Positions 18,579 to 29,613 of a stretch of 64,000 nt of DNA are shown here, piece by piece (positions within the stretch are counted from its first letter, which is position 1; every line of letters begins with the position of its first letter). A program made the translations under genes and the position numbers. Where the stretch lies: IMG/VR virus record IMGVR_UViG_3300023202_000383, positions 62,001 through 126,000 of that record. The stretch is one strand, 5' to 3'. The notes under the pieces are model-generated. The model did not search any database, was not told where the DNA came from, and worked only from the letters and a program-made list of their open reading frames with translations.

Positions 18579-19388
18579 ATGCCTGAGTTTACTAGAATAT
18601 CTGGCAGAAGAGGGTCTGTTGTAAATCTGGACGTCGATTTTTATAAAGGCGGCCAGCTTGCCGATCCAATACTGTACAGAGTTGAAATATTCAGGGGTAA
18701 AGTTACACCTGAAAATATTGTCGCTGCATTTCAGTTAGATGAGCCAGAATCCAGTTCATATCCATTGCCGGTTGTGCAATTGGAGGATTCTAGCGGTCCG
18801 ATAGCTGGCAAATTCAGGCTTCCGTGGTTAGTTCCGGACGATCTTGTGGTTCCGGACACCTATTTTGACACTTGGTTTTTCTTTACTAGTGATCCAAGAT
18901 CTGGATCTGGCGATACGTTAGAAAACCATCAAGATGAATTAATAGAAGCTTGCCATAGATTCTTTGTTTATCCTGATGAGTGGCACACAGACCCTAAATT
19001 GCAGACAATTAGGTTTGGATATGAGCCCCTTGATCAGAAGTTCCACAAGCCTGAAGTTCGTCCTTTAGAGGTTGGCGTAATGCCGTTACCTCTTTATGAT
19101 TTTGATTTCAATTTAATAGTGCCTATGATACCGTTCATGCAGGCGACTATATCGATAGAGACTGAAAATTGCGAGTCGCTGGTAGAGGACGAACCGATGG
19201 AGATAAAGCTCCGTCAAGGAGCATATAGAACTAATCCGTTTGTGTTTAGTTACCTTCTCGATACGTCGCAATTTCTTATAGGCACATATAGATATAGAAT
19301 TACTACTACGTTGCCGTGTGGTACCACTAGGGTCAGTCCGACCTTTATATTTACGATAAGTGGTATCGGCCAACGTGTTGGAACATGA
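18579..19388 (+). CDS. Hypothetical beta-rich virion protein
   Basis: GAGGAGG RBS, CAAATATA motif upstream, long ORF. Confidence 0.6.
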   Translation: MPEFTRISGRRGSVVNLDVDFYKGGQLADPILYRVEIFRGKVTPENIVAAFQLDEPESSSYPLPVVQLEDSSGPIAGKFRLPWLVPDDLVVPDTYFDTWFFFTSDPRSGSGDTLENHQDELIEACHRFFVYPDEWHTDPKLQTIRFGYEPLDQKFHKPEVRPLEVGVMPLPLYDFDFNLIVPMIPFMQATISIETENCESLVEDEPMEIKLRQGAYRTNPFVFSYLLDTSQFLIGTYRYRITTTLPCGTTRVSPTFIFTISGIGQRVGT

Positions 19389-20368
19389 TAAAGCCCACTC
19401 CTGAACAGATATCTGCGTGGATTGAATCGAATTTTGATACAAAGCCCAGAAAGGGCGGGCTTGAACTACGTATCAATAATCCATTCGATGGCGATACTGG
19501 ATATCATATGAACATATCTGTGGTTAAGGCATGTTGTCATGATTGGCGTGGAGATGATTGGGCTAGGGGATATAAACCGTCATTCCTTAGATTCGTGCAG
19601 TTATATCGCAATTGCAGCTTCGCTCAAGCTGTTAAAGAGGTGTGCGGCCAAGATGTTACTATTAGGTCTCTGCAGAATAAATTGCGCGATGATGCTAAAA
19701 AGGCTGAAGAAAAGAAGAAATCTGAGAATCTTGGGTTACCTAAAAACAAGAAAATCGTAGAATCGGATTCTAGATTCGCTAGGATTGTCAAAAATTGGCT
19801 CAAGTCCAGAGGGTTAACGGAAGAGCTTATGGAATTATATGACATTCGCTATGCTGGTGGCGATGTCATATGGCCATATTATGAATATGATGAATTGGTT
19901 TATTGGCAGAGCCGTAATTATATGAATAAAAATTTTCTTTTCCCGCCTGAAGATGTAGGGGTTACGAAGGGAATGTTCATATATGGGTTCGACTTGATAG
20001 AGCCTAGTGATTATATTATAATTACAGAGGCGATATTCGATTGTATGACTATTGGTGCCCAGTGTTGCGCCAGTGGTGGTGCTGCGTTGACAAATATGCA
20101 GATTAGAAAGATAAAGGCGTTGAACCCGGTCAATGGTGTAATTCTGGCACCCGACAATGATGAAGCGGGGCTCAAGAGCTTACGGGACAACTATTTCCTT
20201 ATTGAGAAATACTTCAAGGTATATCACAGTATCCCTCCGAAGTTCCACGGCAAGAAAGACATAAAGGACTGGAACGACTTAGGCCGCATTGTAGGATTCA
20301 GAAAAACGAGAGAGATATTTGAGTCGTCTATTAAGAAATTAGAAATTAGCGACGTCGCCAAATTATAA
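19385..20368 (+). CDS. DnaG-type (TOPRIM) DNA primase-like protein
   Basis: WLKSRG, YWQSR, IIITEAIFD, VILAPDNDEAG and KDWND motifs. Confidence 0.75.
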   Translation: MIKPTPEQISAWIESNFDTKPRKGGLELRINNPFDGDTGYHMNISVVKACCHDWRGDDWARGYKPSFLRFVQLYRNCSFAQAVKEVCGQDVTIRSLQNKLRDDAKKAEEKKKSENLGLPKNKKIVESDSRFARIVKNWLKSRGLTEELMELYDIRYAGGDVIWPYYEYDELVYWQSRNYMNKNFLFPPEDVGVTKGMFIYGFDLIEPSDYIIITEAIFDCMTIGAQCCASGGAALTNMQIRKIKALNPVNGVILAPDNDEAGLKSLRDNYFLIEKYFKVYHSIPPKFHGKKDIKDWNDLGRIVGFRKTREIFESSIKKLEISDVAKL

Positions 20369-20656
20369 TTTCTTTATTTCATATTTTCTTAATATCGTAA
20401 GCTTTGATGGATCAGTGCTGTATGTTCTGAATGCTTTGCCATATTCCGGGCAATATTCTTTAAACCAATCTATTTTCTCCTGTGGGGTCATTATGTCTAT
20501 ATATAATAGGTGATCTCTCATAATTGTAACGGTATTATCTGATAGCTTTTCTGCCAGAAGGCATTTTACTTTGCCTTCTGACTCTTCTAGTGGGTATATA
20601 AGTATGTAGGATGTTTTGGAATCCCCCTTATACCTGCACCAGTATAGTTCCTGCAT
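20363..20656 (-). CDS. Hypothetical protein
   Basis: Fills the gap between plus-strand genes; likely start MQELYWCRY. Confidence 0.55.
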   Translation of the reverse strand: MQELYWCRYKGDSKTSYILIYPLEESEGKVKCLLAEKLSDNTVTIMRDHLLYIDIMTPQEKIDWFKEYCPEYGKAFRTYSTDPSKLTILRKYEIKKL

Positions 20657-20691
20657 GGATATGAAATACTGGTTACAAATATAAATGAGAT

Positions 20692-22191
20692 ATGGTACTA
20701 CCACAAACTACATCATGGTCAGTAGACCTATATATAGGAACTTCAGATACAAATCTTGGTGGAGAAAGATTTACTGGTGGCAGACGTAGATCTGGCTTGA
20801 ATGCTGTGCAGAAGTTTGAAGTAGTCAGTTTTATAAATCACGGCACCATGATAAGGGCTAAAGTCGAATCGCCAGATTTGCAACTCAATGCGATTTTTGA
20901 TGATGAATACTTGATGAATGCTAGAAAGCTTGATCAGCCTACATTGGTTAGATATAGAGTAAAGTGGGCTGAGGGTGACGAATCTATTGCTAAATGGCAG
21001 ACAGCGATACTGACTGATATACATACCAATGGAAAGGCCGCTAGAGGGGCGTCATTCGAATTTATAGCGATAGATCCAATTACATTTTTTGTCACTCAGG
21101 GGTCGGCATCTGGAAGAGTGTACAAAGGAAGAGTTGGTACTACTGAAGTAAATGGTCGCAAGATTAAAGGCGTAATTGAGCAAGTTCTTGACGATTACGT
21201 GCCAGATAAAATAACGCTTTCTGTGCCCCAAGGTAGGCAAGATATAGACGGCAACAGGAGAGTTTTCAATATAAAGAAGTTTGTGTCTGCTACAACAGAT
21301 GCTCCTCATAGATATCATATGATGAGACAAGATCCCAAGACATTTATAATGTCCATGTTAGATTGGTCAGCAGATTTCCTAGCGGATACTAATAGCGAGT
21401 CGACATCTTGGATTATAAATTATGGTGAAGATGTTGATGAACGCGGCCAAGTTACTCTCAGCATAAATATTGAAGAAAGTTATGCTCCTTGGCTTCGCAG
21501 CAGGCCGTTTAAAGACCAGACAAAAACGATTATCCTTAGATATGGTGGCACTAACGATCAAAAACTTAGAGATATAATAAAATGGGAGTTTTTAGCTAGT
21601 CCATTTGTCTCTGTTATCAATACTAGATTGGCTACTAGTGGAATATCCGCTATTTCTGGGCAATATCTAGACATAACAAATGCCAATGAATCTGATGAAG
21701 TGTTTGTTGATGATACTAATACTGGGAATAAGTCTAATCCTAGGATAGACATAAGCCGTGGGTTCGCTAAGCCGGAAATCATCAATAGGGGTAGCACTAT
21801 TGGTGGTCTTGGCACAACATATATCCCATCAGTTCCTGAATTTAGCGCTGGAGAACTTGGCAGAAAATACGGTCAATATATAACTGGCAGATCTAGGCAG
21901 ACATATTTCAATATGATAAATTTAGTTAGCAGATTAAAGATAACTTCTAGAGGAGTACCAGACTTATTCGACCCTACGGAATTGGGCAAATCATTCGTGA
22001 ATGTTCAATTCCAGAGACCGCAGGTGTCTGCCGAGGATGTTAATTTGAGGACTTTGTTTGATGGTAATTGGCTGCTATATGGATGGAACCATAGATTAAC
22101 AAGATTAAATGGTAATTGGGAAACTGATTTATATGTTTCTAGGTTCGATTATGATGCTAATGCTATACCAGGACCATTAGGAAATGCCTGA
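20692..22191 (+). CDS. Baseplate hub protein (gp27/gpD-like)
   Basis: Synteny; C-terminal LKITSRGVP..FDGNWLLYGWNHRL..WETDL pattern. Confidence 0.55.
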   Translation: MVLPQTTSWSVDLYIGTSDTNLGGERFTGGRRRSGLNAVQKFEVVSFINHGTMIRAKVESPDLQLNAIFDDEYLMNARKLDQPTLVRYRVKWAEGDESIAKWQTAILTDIHTNGKAARGASFEFIAIDPITFFVTQGSASGRVYKGRVGTTEVNGRKIKGVIEQVLDDYVPDKITLSVPQGRQDIDGNRRVFNIKKFVSATTDAPHRYHMMRQDPKTFIMSMLDWSADFLADTNSESTSWIINYGEDVDERGQVTLSINIEESYAPWLRSRPFKDQTKTIILRYGGTNDQKLRDIIKWEFLASPFVSVINTRLATSGISAISGQYLDITNANESDEVFVDDTNTGNKSNPRIDISRGFAKPEIINRGSTIGGLGTTYIPSVPEFSAGELGRKYGQYITGRSRQTYFNMINLVSRLKITSRGVPDLFDPTELGKSFVNVQFQRPQVSAEDVNLRTLFDGNWLLYGWNHRLTRLNGNWETDLYVSRFDYDANAIPGPLGNA

Positions 22192-24853
22192 TCCACTTGA
22201 CATAGTAGGCAAAATATCGTTTGCGCTCGACGAAGGCAGCGTGGGCGATGTACGCAATCAGTTAAGCGACATTGCAGACGAAATATCTGGTGAATTTGGT
22301 GGAACTATATCTGATATGTCAAAAAAGGCATCAGAGGGAGTGAAAGAATGGAAGGCTGATGTTGATAAGGTTACCCATGAATATCGGAAGCTTGAGCGAG
22401 CTATTAGAAGAGGCGACATAACAACAGAAGAGGCGATAAAAGGATATGAAGAACTCAGCAAGCAGGCCGATCTATTGCATGAGCAGGAAGAAGCAATTGG
22501 GGTTGCACATGATGTTTTAACTGCAAAAAGAATTGATAATTTGGATATGATTCAAAAAAGTAGTGATAAAAGTCTAGAAAATCTTAAAAAAGAGCATAGT
22601 CTGCTTGGTAAAATAGACAAGGTTATGGCTGGGTTTGGTGTGAAAACCAAATTTGCCGAACTTACCGATGCTAAGAAAGCAATGGCTGCTGCCGCCGGAT
22701 TCTTGCAAGAGAAGGTTAAAGAACTCTTTATAGAGCAAGGAAAATACATCACTCAAAATTTTGTGATGTACGGGTCCATAACTGATATTAATGAACAGAT
22801 ATTAGAAGCCGGTGCTGGGTTTGGTGTTCTGTCGAAAACAGCTAGGGAATCTGCTGAACAATTAATGGCCCAATCGATAAATTTAGGAAGATTGGAAACA
22901 TCGTTAGGAGACTTGGCTGGTGAAGTTGGTAATTTTGTAGACATGACCGGCGTATCTGCAGCTTCTGCGGCCAAATTAACTAAGCAATTTGAGGCTCAAG
23001 GCTTAAGCATGGGCCATTTAAGAAGCATGTTTGAAACAGTCAAAGGGGCCATGGCCGGATTCGCTGTCACCGGAGAGGAAGCTGGTCAAATAATCGATAG
23101 GCTTGCGAAATCTGCAATGATGCTCACTGCCAGAATGGGCGAGACGAGATTTGCAGAGTATTCCGAGAAGCTATCGGTTGTGATGGGCTTAACGAAAGGA
23201 GTAGGTGGAGATTTACAAGCTGTTAGTCAAGTTTTTCAAACATTAGAGACAGATGCCACAAAATTTGCTGTCGCATTGGGTGCTGAAGGATTATATGCTC
23301 CGCTAGAAGACCAAATAGGCATTATAATAGAAAGATCCGATGAACTAATGCAAATGGTTAAGGGAACGCCAGAGTTTATGCAAGAACAGATGGCTCAAGC
23401 TATGCTCAATATGTCTATGGGTACAGTGCGGGCGTTCCAATTGATAAGAAAAGAGGCAGCGAAAGAATTTGGCAAAACTGTTGACGAGATAACGCCTGCA
23501 ATGATAAAATCATATGCTGAGCAGAAAAGGATTCATACAGACGCCATCAGAAATTTCACGGAGCTTACTGAATCTTTTGTAAATAATATAAAAGTATTAT
23601 TGGTACCGTTGGTGAAAGGTATAAATTATATTTCTGAATTGTTAGTATCAGGAATGAGAGCTGTAGAAAAATGGACTGAAGGATGGGATGATTGGGCTAA
23701 AATAACAGGCACTGTCATAGCTTCAATAACGTCGATAGCTTTGGCTATTGCCACATTAATAGGCGGCCTTAAGTTATTTAGTAAGACTGCGTCTGCAGTT
23801 GTTAGCGATATCGCCGAGGCATTTATTGATAATTTGTCGTACGCAATATTTAGGGCTATGAAGGCTATCGGCGCAGGTCTAACAGCGATGTCTAGAGGTC
23901 TTCGTGCTCTTGCGAATCCGAAAGTGGTTGTGGGTCTTGTGTTATTGACTGCTTCGGCTATTGGATTAGGATTTGCGCTAAAATTGGCAGCGCCGTTTGT
24001 TGAGGCATTTGGAAAAGCGCTTACCGACGTTCTCAAAGAAATAACTATTGAAAAGGCTGCGGCAGTCGGGGTGCTTGGGGTATCATTTGCTGCTTTCGGC
24101 GGTGCTTTGGCGTTGGGAGCTGTTGGGATGTTTGCCGGTGCTGCTGCAATGGCGGCATTAGCAGGTCCGATGGAGCGTGTTGTAGATGCTGCATTTAAAG
24201 TTAGGTCTATAGGCCCTAGATTCCATCAATCGTTTGAGAATATAGCGAAAGGCGTGGAAGCGATAGCCGAATCGAGTTGGCTAAGATTTTCAGCTGGTGC
24301 TGCTTCGATAGCTTTTGGCTTGAGAATGATCACTAGTGCTGTATCTAGTAACATAGCATCGGCTTCGTTGATACCGGACGTTGCAGATGCCCTATCTAAT
24401 ATGTCTAGATCTATATCGATGTTTTCAGATGTCGAGGATATTAGGAAAGTTGGGCCTGCTCTTGATTCTGCTTTAGTATCTATGGACAAATCACTCGAGA
24501 AGTACTCTGATTCAATAGTCGAGAATATAACCAATGTAAGCGATTCCTTGGCGGCCATGATCGATAATTTAGAGAGGATGCAAAAATCTGCCGAAGAGGT
24601 GAGAGCCAAAACTGTCTTGCCTGGTGGTGTCAACGCGCCGCCAGCTGCCGGTGGTGGAACAGATGCATCTAGCACAATAGTTGAAAAATTGGATGAATTG
24701 ATAGCTGTTGCGGTTGGTATGAATATAGATGGCAAAAATATTGAAGAAGTCAGAGCAGCTTTGATAGAATATCTACCGATAATTGCCGAGAACGAATCTG
24801 CTGCCTCTGGAGGAATTTCTAGATTCGCTTCGCATTGGGGTATGTCACCATAA
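22184..24853 (+). CDS. Tail tape measure protein
   Basis: 889 aa, Ala/Gly-rich and helical, with hydrophobic segments; located in the tail module. Confidence 0.8.
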   Translation: MPDPLDIVGKISFALDEGSVGDVRNQLSDIADEISGEFGGTISDMSKKASEGVKEWKADVDKVTHEYRKLERAIRRGDITTEEAIKGYEELSKQADLLHEQEEAIGVAHDVLTAKRIDNLDMIQKSSDKSLENLKKEHSLLGKIDKVMAGFGVKTKFAELTDAKKAMAAAAGFLQEKVKELFIEQGKYITQNFVMYGSITDINEQILEAGAGFGVLSKTARESAEQLMAQSINLGRLETSLGDLAGEVGNFVDMTGVSAASAAKLTKQFEAQGLSMGHLRSMFETVKGAMAGFAVTGEEAGQIIDRLAKSAMMLTARMGETRFAEYSEKLSVVMGLTKGVGGDLQAVSQVFQTLETDATKFAVALGAEGLYAPLEDQIGIIIERSDELMQMVKGTPEFMQEQMAQAMLNMSMGTVRAFQLIRKEAAKEFGKTVDEITPAMIKSYAEQKRIHTDAIRNFTELTESFVNNIKVLLVPLVKGINYISELLVSGMRAVEKWTEGWDDWAKITGTVIASITSIALAIATLIGGLKLFSKTASAVVSDIAEAFIDNLSYAIFRAMKAIGAGLTAMSRGLRALANPKVVVGLVLLTASAIGLGFALKLAAPFVEAFGKALTDVLKEITIEKAAAVGVLGVSFAAFGGALALGAVGMFAGAAAMAALAGPMERVVDAAFKVRSIGPRFHQSFENIAKGVEAIAESSWLRFSAGAASIAFGLRMITSAVSSNIASASLIPDVADALSNMSRSISMFSDVEDIRKVGPALDSALVSMDKSLEKYSDSIVENITNVSDSLAAMIDNLERMQKSAEEVRAKTVLPGGVNAPPAAGGGTDASSTIVEKLDELIAVAVGMNIDGKNIEEVRAALIEYLPIIAENESAASGGISRFASHWGMSP

Positions 24854-26046
24854 TGACAGCATATAACTCAAATTATCTGATAGGTGCTGATAGAGATATT
24901 CTTGACCCAAGAAATGTCAGAATGCAATTTGTGATCCAGCAGTCTGGTGGGCAGCAGGCCACTAGAAATGTTAAAACTAGATCTGGCGTTCCTATACAGG
25001 TACAGGTCATACCGAAAAATAGGGGCAATATCTATTATGATGTGCCGTTTCAGTTTCCGCCTATCATAAAGACTGATAGCAAAGGCGGAAATTGGAAAGA
25101 GTTTAATTTGTTTCAAGCAGAACCGCTTCCTCTATTTATGGGTGGTTCTCCTAGAACCATTACTATGCAATGGTCTTACATAATAACTAGTCAGATGTCG
25201 CCATTTAAGTATAGAGTTGGCACTCAAGGAGCTATGCTTACTTCTGCTGATGGCGACAAGACGAGGGTCAGATGGGATGTTGAGACAGTTGCCAATATAG
25301 TTAAAGCCATTAGGGGATATTTTTATAACACTGTAGCATCTGCTTTGGTTGTAAGATTTTACGCATACAATATTGTTGGCCCAAACAATAATCAGGAAGA
25401 GTGGTCATTTAGATTAGAAAACGTTAGCGTGTCACATAGCGACACACTAATATCAGACTCTGTCTTTGATAGAGAAGTTATTGTTTTAGACGAGAATGGA
25501 CTGCCTAGAATAGTTTCTGAGACAGTCCAAGAAGATGTTGAGATCAGAGCAACCCAAACAATACCTCAGTTTAAAATAGGCAATGGTGGGATCACTCATG
25601 TCAGAGATGCAAATGGAAATTTAGTACCTGCAAATGTGAGAAATGTTACAGATTCGAAAGAAAGTGCATTCGAGAATTCAGTCTTACGCGGTTTTGATGG
25701 GTCTGCAAAATTAGATGATATTTCGACTACGAGCAAATCGAATTCAGATGGGACTACAACTTTTACTGCGACATTGGACAATGCTACCAGAAGTGTAACT
25801 AGAGATAAACTGCAAGTTGGTAGCAATTTTTCTCGCAAAGTATATCCACTCAGAACTGATATATCCGTCACTCTGAAATTTTATACTGATATGGATCCTG
25901 AGGCGGCTAGTTCTAGAGCTGAAAGTGTAGGTGCTGAACTCGATGCTGAACAAGCCAATAAAGCGCAAAAATTGATCAGTGTAAATAATCCGTTTATTAG
26001 AAACATGCCATCTCTTAGAAATGGTACATTAGTAGATTGGTTCTGA
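24853..26046 (+). CDS. Baseplate/tube-initiator-like protein
   Basis: Follows the tape measure gene (TAATG coupling); FQFPP..WKE..EPLPLFMGGSPRTITM motif. Confidence 0.55.
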   Translation: MTAYNSNYLIGADRDILDPRNVRMQFVIQQSGGQQATRNVKTRSGVPIQVQVIPKNRGNIYYDVPFQFPPIIKTDSKGGNWKEFNLFQAEPLPLFMGGSPRTITMQWSYIITSQMSPFKYRVGTQGAMLTSADGDKTRVRWDVETVANIVKAIRGYFYNTVASALVVRFYAYNIVGPNNNQEEWSFRLENVSVSHSDTLISDSVFDREVIVLDENGLPRIVSETVQEDVEIRATQTIPQFKIGNGGITHVRDANGNLVPANVRNVTDSKESAFENSVLRGFDGSAKLDDISTTSKSNSDGTTTFTATLDNATRSVTRDKLQVGSNFSRKVYPLRTDISVTLKFYTDMDPEAASSRAESVGAELDAEQANKAQKLISVNNPFIRNMPSLRNGTLVDWF

Positions 26047-26047
26047 T

Positions 26048-26347
26048 ATGGCTAATATAGTAAGATTCGCAGATTCAAGGTTTAGGCAAACTGAACTAAT
26101 TCGTATTGATGGTGTCAGAACGTTTGGGCTTTGGGAAGACTTCATAAAAGATTTGCCATTTGATTTGTTCACTGTCCCTAATAATTTGGCTGGAAGAGCC
26201 GATGAAGTTTCAGAGGTAGTATATGGGACCCCCAAATTGTTTTGGGCTATAATTGCGTATAATAATGTTAGAGATCCCTTAAATTGGCCTCCGGCTGGGA
26301 TTACAATAAAAGTACCTGTTGTATCGTCTCTATTGTCAGAATTATGA
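26048..26347 (+). CDS. LysM-like baseplate wedge protein (gp53/gpX-like)
   Basis: GRADEVSEVVYGTPKLFWAIIAYNNVRDP..GITIKVP. Confidence 0.8.
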   Translation: MANIVRFADSRFRQTELIRIDGVRTFGLWEDFIKDLPFDLFTVPNNLAGRADEVSEVVYGTPKLFWAIIAYNNVRDPLNWPPAGITIKVPVVSSLLSEL

Positions 26348-28467
26348 CAGATGTTTTAGACAAAATGTGGCAAGGCTTTTTCGAGACACGAAATAAGCCC
26401 TTGCATTTTAGGTTTCAAGGCAAGTATCGTGCACTTGTTGTAGAGACGAACGACCCACTGCGCGTGCATAGAATAAAGTTTCTATGCCCTGAGCTTCATG
26501 ATGCCAATGTGAATCCGTCGGATGCTCCGTGGGCAGTGCCTGCAACTGATTTTGGCACAAAAGGATGCGGCAGGTGGTCATATCCTTGCATAGGCGATTA
26601 TGTATGGATAGAATTTGAGAAGCAACATGCATATGCGCCAGTATATACTGGATTTTGCGACCCAACTAGGCGTAGGTTCTATACATTACCTTCTATATAT
26701 GGCCCCACACCGATCCCTGTAGATCCGCGTGGTAATCCTGTTCCACAAAACAGAAGACCTGTTGATTTTGATCCAGACTACATGCCAAGAGATAATCGCC
26801 CGATGTCTCATGGATGGCAAGATAGATATGGTAATTTAGATGTACACAATGCCGTAGGATTTTTCCCGGCTGAGCATAGGGATGCTCCGCCCCCGCCTGG
26901 CGTTGACGCTTTTACTTCAAATTTGATGCAACAGGCTAAGAAGAGCATTAATTTTGAATCCAATGAAGCAAGACCTAAAGTAAACGATCCGGATACTAAG
27001 TATATGCTCAGAATGTCCAAGTATGGGCATATGATGATACAATCCGACATTGGTTATTTGTGGAAAAGAGATGGGGACCAAGGTGAATTTACTGGAGATT
27101 TTGATCAAGATGCGCAATTTGAAGTAGATAGATGGCTATATATCCAGAAGCTTATCAATGAAGATGCTCCTTCTGGTAAAGACCAGCGCCGTTTGATGCT
27201 TATGAGTCGGCTAGGCCATAAGCTTGAATTTAGAGATGTAGGGTGGAACAGAACGAGAGATGGTGAATTTGGCCCGGCGTCTGACATATCAGACTCTGAT
27301 TTGGATGAGAGGTGGGTAAAGCTTAGAACTAAAGGTGGTCATTTAATACAGGCATCTGATATTGGCTTTGATCCTATAAATGACGAATATGTTAGCAGGC
27401 TCCTTTTAGATGAAGCCAGGAATGCTGGCGATCTAGATAATGAAAAATCGTTTGGGAATGACGCTAGATTTCTTAGATTCGTAACCAGAAGCGGCATTAA
27501 AATAGCAATAGATGATCGTACAAGCAATGTGACTAGAGCACATGCAGAAGATCTCACAAATGAAGAGATAGGCATAGGTGTTTTATTAAAGGGCAGAGCG
27601 ACGCCTGGAGCTGGTGCGGCGTATGGGGCATTGTCTGGCGATCCTAAGGGATTTTATTGGCAGTTTGATGAAAGACCTGAGAGAAATAGCACGACATGGG
27701 GAACACCTCTTGGATCTGCTATTGAGATGACCGATGATAGGGAAGCTATTGTAATAGCTCCTGGATTGAGAAATCTTCCAACGCAGTGGGAAAGATTGAG
27801 AAATAATGAATTTCTTACTCAATCGGCATTCGATCTATCTCCACATGAAGAAGCACATCACCTCATAATAGATCATGAGCTTGAAACAATAAGACTTAAA
27901 ACCAGGGCCGGGCAGGGTGAGAACCCGTTCTTCCCCAGAACTTCATCATCGTCTGGCGAGCATGCTGGTCTTGAGATGAGAGACGGACCATCTGGCTCTG
28001 CTTGGTTAGAACTGATTGATATTGAAAGTCGTGGAATATGGTTTAGTCAGGAGGTTGGCGTTGGTATATGGAGAGCCAAAAGCGGCTCTGACATGGCGGT
28101 TTGGATAGATGACCAGCAAAATCAGATTGTCGTAAGAAACAATCTTGGGAAGATTCAAATATTCTGCTCTGGCGACACGGAAATAAAGAGTTCGGCCAAT
28201 ATCAATCTAGATGCTGCATTAAGTATAAATCTTAAAGCTGGTCTTGGTATCAATATGCAGACCCCAACTGGGCAATTCTCATTCTCTGATGCATTTGATG
28301 CATCTGGTGACATAAGAGGTAACAATATTTTGGGCATATTCCCGCAAATCAAGCAGGGCGATGGCGGCACGCCTGGCTCCCCATCCGGCACACCGTCGCC
28401 AGCTGTGTCGATACCTACTACACCTCTGCCGTCTAAGACTGAACCAGACGATAGATATCCTGGATAG
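26344..28467 (+). CDS. Baseplate central spike (gp5/VgrG-like)
   Basis: OB-fold YRALVVETNDPL..APWAVP..PCIGDYVWIEFE; beta-helix-like C-terminus. Confidence 0.8.
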   Translation: MTDVLDKMWQGFFETRNKPLHFRFQGKYRALVVETNDPLRVHRIKFLCPELHDANVNPSDAPWAVPATDFGTKGCGRWSYPCIGDYVWIEFEKQHAYAPVYTGFCDPTRRRFYTLPSIYGPTPIPVDPRGNPVPQNRRPVDFDPDYMPRDNRPMSHGWQDRYGNLDVHNAVGFFPAEHRDAPPPPGVDAFTSNLMQQAKKSINFESNEARPKVNDPDTKYMLRMSKYGHMMIQSDIGYLWKRDGDQGEFTGDFDQDAQFEVDRWLYIQKLINEDAPSGKDQRRLMLMSRLGHKLEFRDVGWNRTRDGEFGPASDISDSDLDERWVKLRTKGGHLIQASDIGFDPINDEYVSRLLLDEARNAGDLDNEKSFGNDARFLRFVTRSGIKIAIDDRTSNVTRAHAEDLTNEEIGIGVLLKGRATPGAGAAYGALSGDPKGFYWQFDERPERNSTTWGTPLGSAIEMTDDREAIVIAPGLRNLPTQWERLRNNEFLTQSAFDLSPHEEAHHLIIDHELETIRLKTRAGQGENPFFPRTSSSSGEHAGLEMRDGPSGSAWLELIDIESRGIWFSQEVGVGIWRAKSGSDMAVWIDDQQNQIVVRNNLGKIQIFCSGDTEIKSSANINLDAALSINLKAGLGINMQTPTGQFSFSDAFDASGDIRGNNILGIFPQIKQGDGGTPGSPSGTPSPAVSIPTTPLPSKTEPDDRYPG

Positions 28468-28483
28468 CCAAATATAGGAAGAG

Positions 28484-29212
28484 ATGATTGTAAGCAGACC
28501 TACTGGAGAATTTCTGGAACTTCTGCCCAAAAGTGAGGTGGATGATGCCAGTGTTATATTTACAATCAGCAATGAGATACCTCCTAGGCCAGACCTTGAT
28601 TTTTCAATAGTAACAGTGGGTCAAGAAAGAATATCAATCCCTAAAATCCATTCTATAAATGATAGAGTTAGAGCAGCGGGCGAGTTAATATTTACAACTA
28701 AAGTTAGTCAATCTGATATACTGGGTGATGGCAGGAAACCGTTTGTGACTGGTGAAGTTTTAGAATTTACTGAGGAAGATGATACGGATATAAATCCGAA
28801 GTTTGTTGGCGATGAGATTGAGACGAAGCACAACAATAATTATCCAAATTATGAAAGCTTCGGGATCACTAGAGATCAAGATGAATCAATATTTGATGCT
28901 GCTCTTTCCGCCCAACAAGTGATCCTAGATAGTATAGCTGGTTTGCAAGAGAGATATAAAGAACTTCAAACTGAAATATCGGATCTCAAAAAAGAAGAGA
29001 ATGAGATAACTAGGTTGCTGTCTGCCTTTAGTGTTGTTATAGATGCGGGACAGGACAATGACGATATACTTGATGCTGTTCAGAAATTGAATAGCAGATT
29101 GGTTGTTAACGGTGAAAGAAGACAAACAGCTATAGATGAGATAAACGCCATACCAGATGATCTCGTTACAAAGAGAGATGAACTTAATTCGATAACGGAG
29201 ATCGTCAAATGA
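28484..29212 (+). CDS. Hypothetical protein with C-terminal coiled coil
   Basis: ORF in the baseplate operon; CAAATATA upstream. Confidence 0.6.
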   Translation: MIVSRPTGEFLELLPKSEVDDASVIFTISNEIPPRPDLDFSIVTVGQERISIPKIHSINDRVRAAGELIFTTKVSQSDILGDGRKPFVTGEVLEFTEEDDTDINPKFVGDEIETKHNNNYPNYESFGITRDQDESIFDAALSAQQVILDSIAGLQERYKELQTEISDLKKEENEITRLLSAFSVVIDAGQDNDDILDAVQKLNSRLVVNGERRQTAIDEINAIPDDLVTKRDELNSITEIVK

Positions 29213-29613
29213 TTGATAAACTTCTTATCGATTATAGAGGATTTAATCCACCGATTTTTGGTGGGCAACAGAACATATTATCCAGACAATCTGGTGAACG
29301 ACTCATTAAAAATGACTTATTGCAATTGTTATTGACATCTCCTGGCGAAAGAGTGATGAGGCCAGATTTTGGGACGATAATAAAAGAATCGCTGTTTGAA
29401 CCAATAGACAGTGTGACTTTGAGAGATATTGAAAAAGATGTCAATAATAAGATAAGGACGTTTGAACCGAGAGTAAGTGCTACAGCCAATGTTGCATTGG
29501 ATGCCGATAATAACACGTTAAGAATAACGGTGTCTGGGATTGTATTGGAGAGGCCGAATAGCCTGTTTGAATTTGAGACCAGCATACCATTAAGAGTTGG
29601 AGATGTTTCATAA
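29209..29613 (+). CDS. Baseplate wedge subunit (gp25-like)
   Basis: LLLTSPGERVMRPDFG..LFEP..FEPRV. Confidence 0.9.
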   Translation: MIDKLLIDYRGFNPPIFGGQQNILSRQSGERLIKNDLLQLLLTSPGERVMRPDFGTIIKESLFEPIDSVTLRDIEKDVNNKIRTFEPRVSATANVALDADNNTLRITVSGIVLERPNSLFEFETSIPLRVGDVS

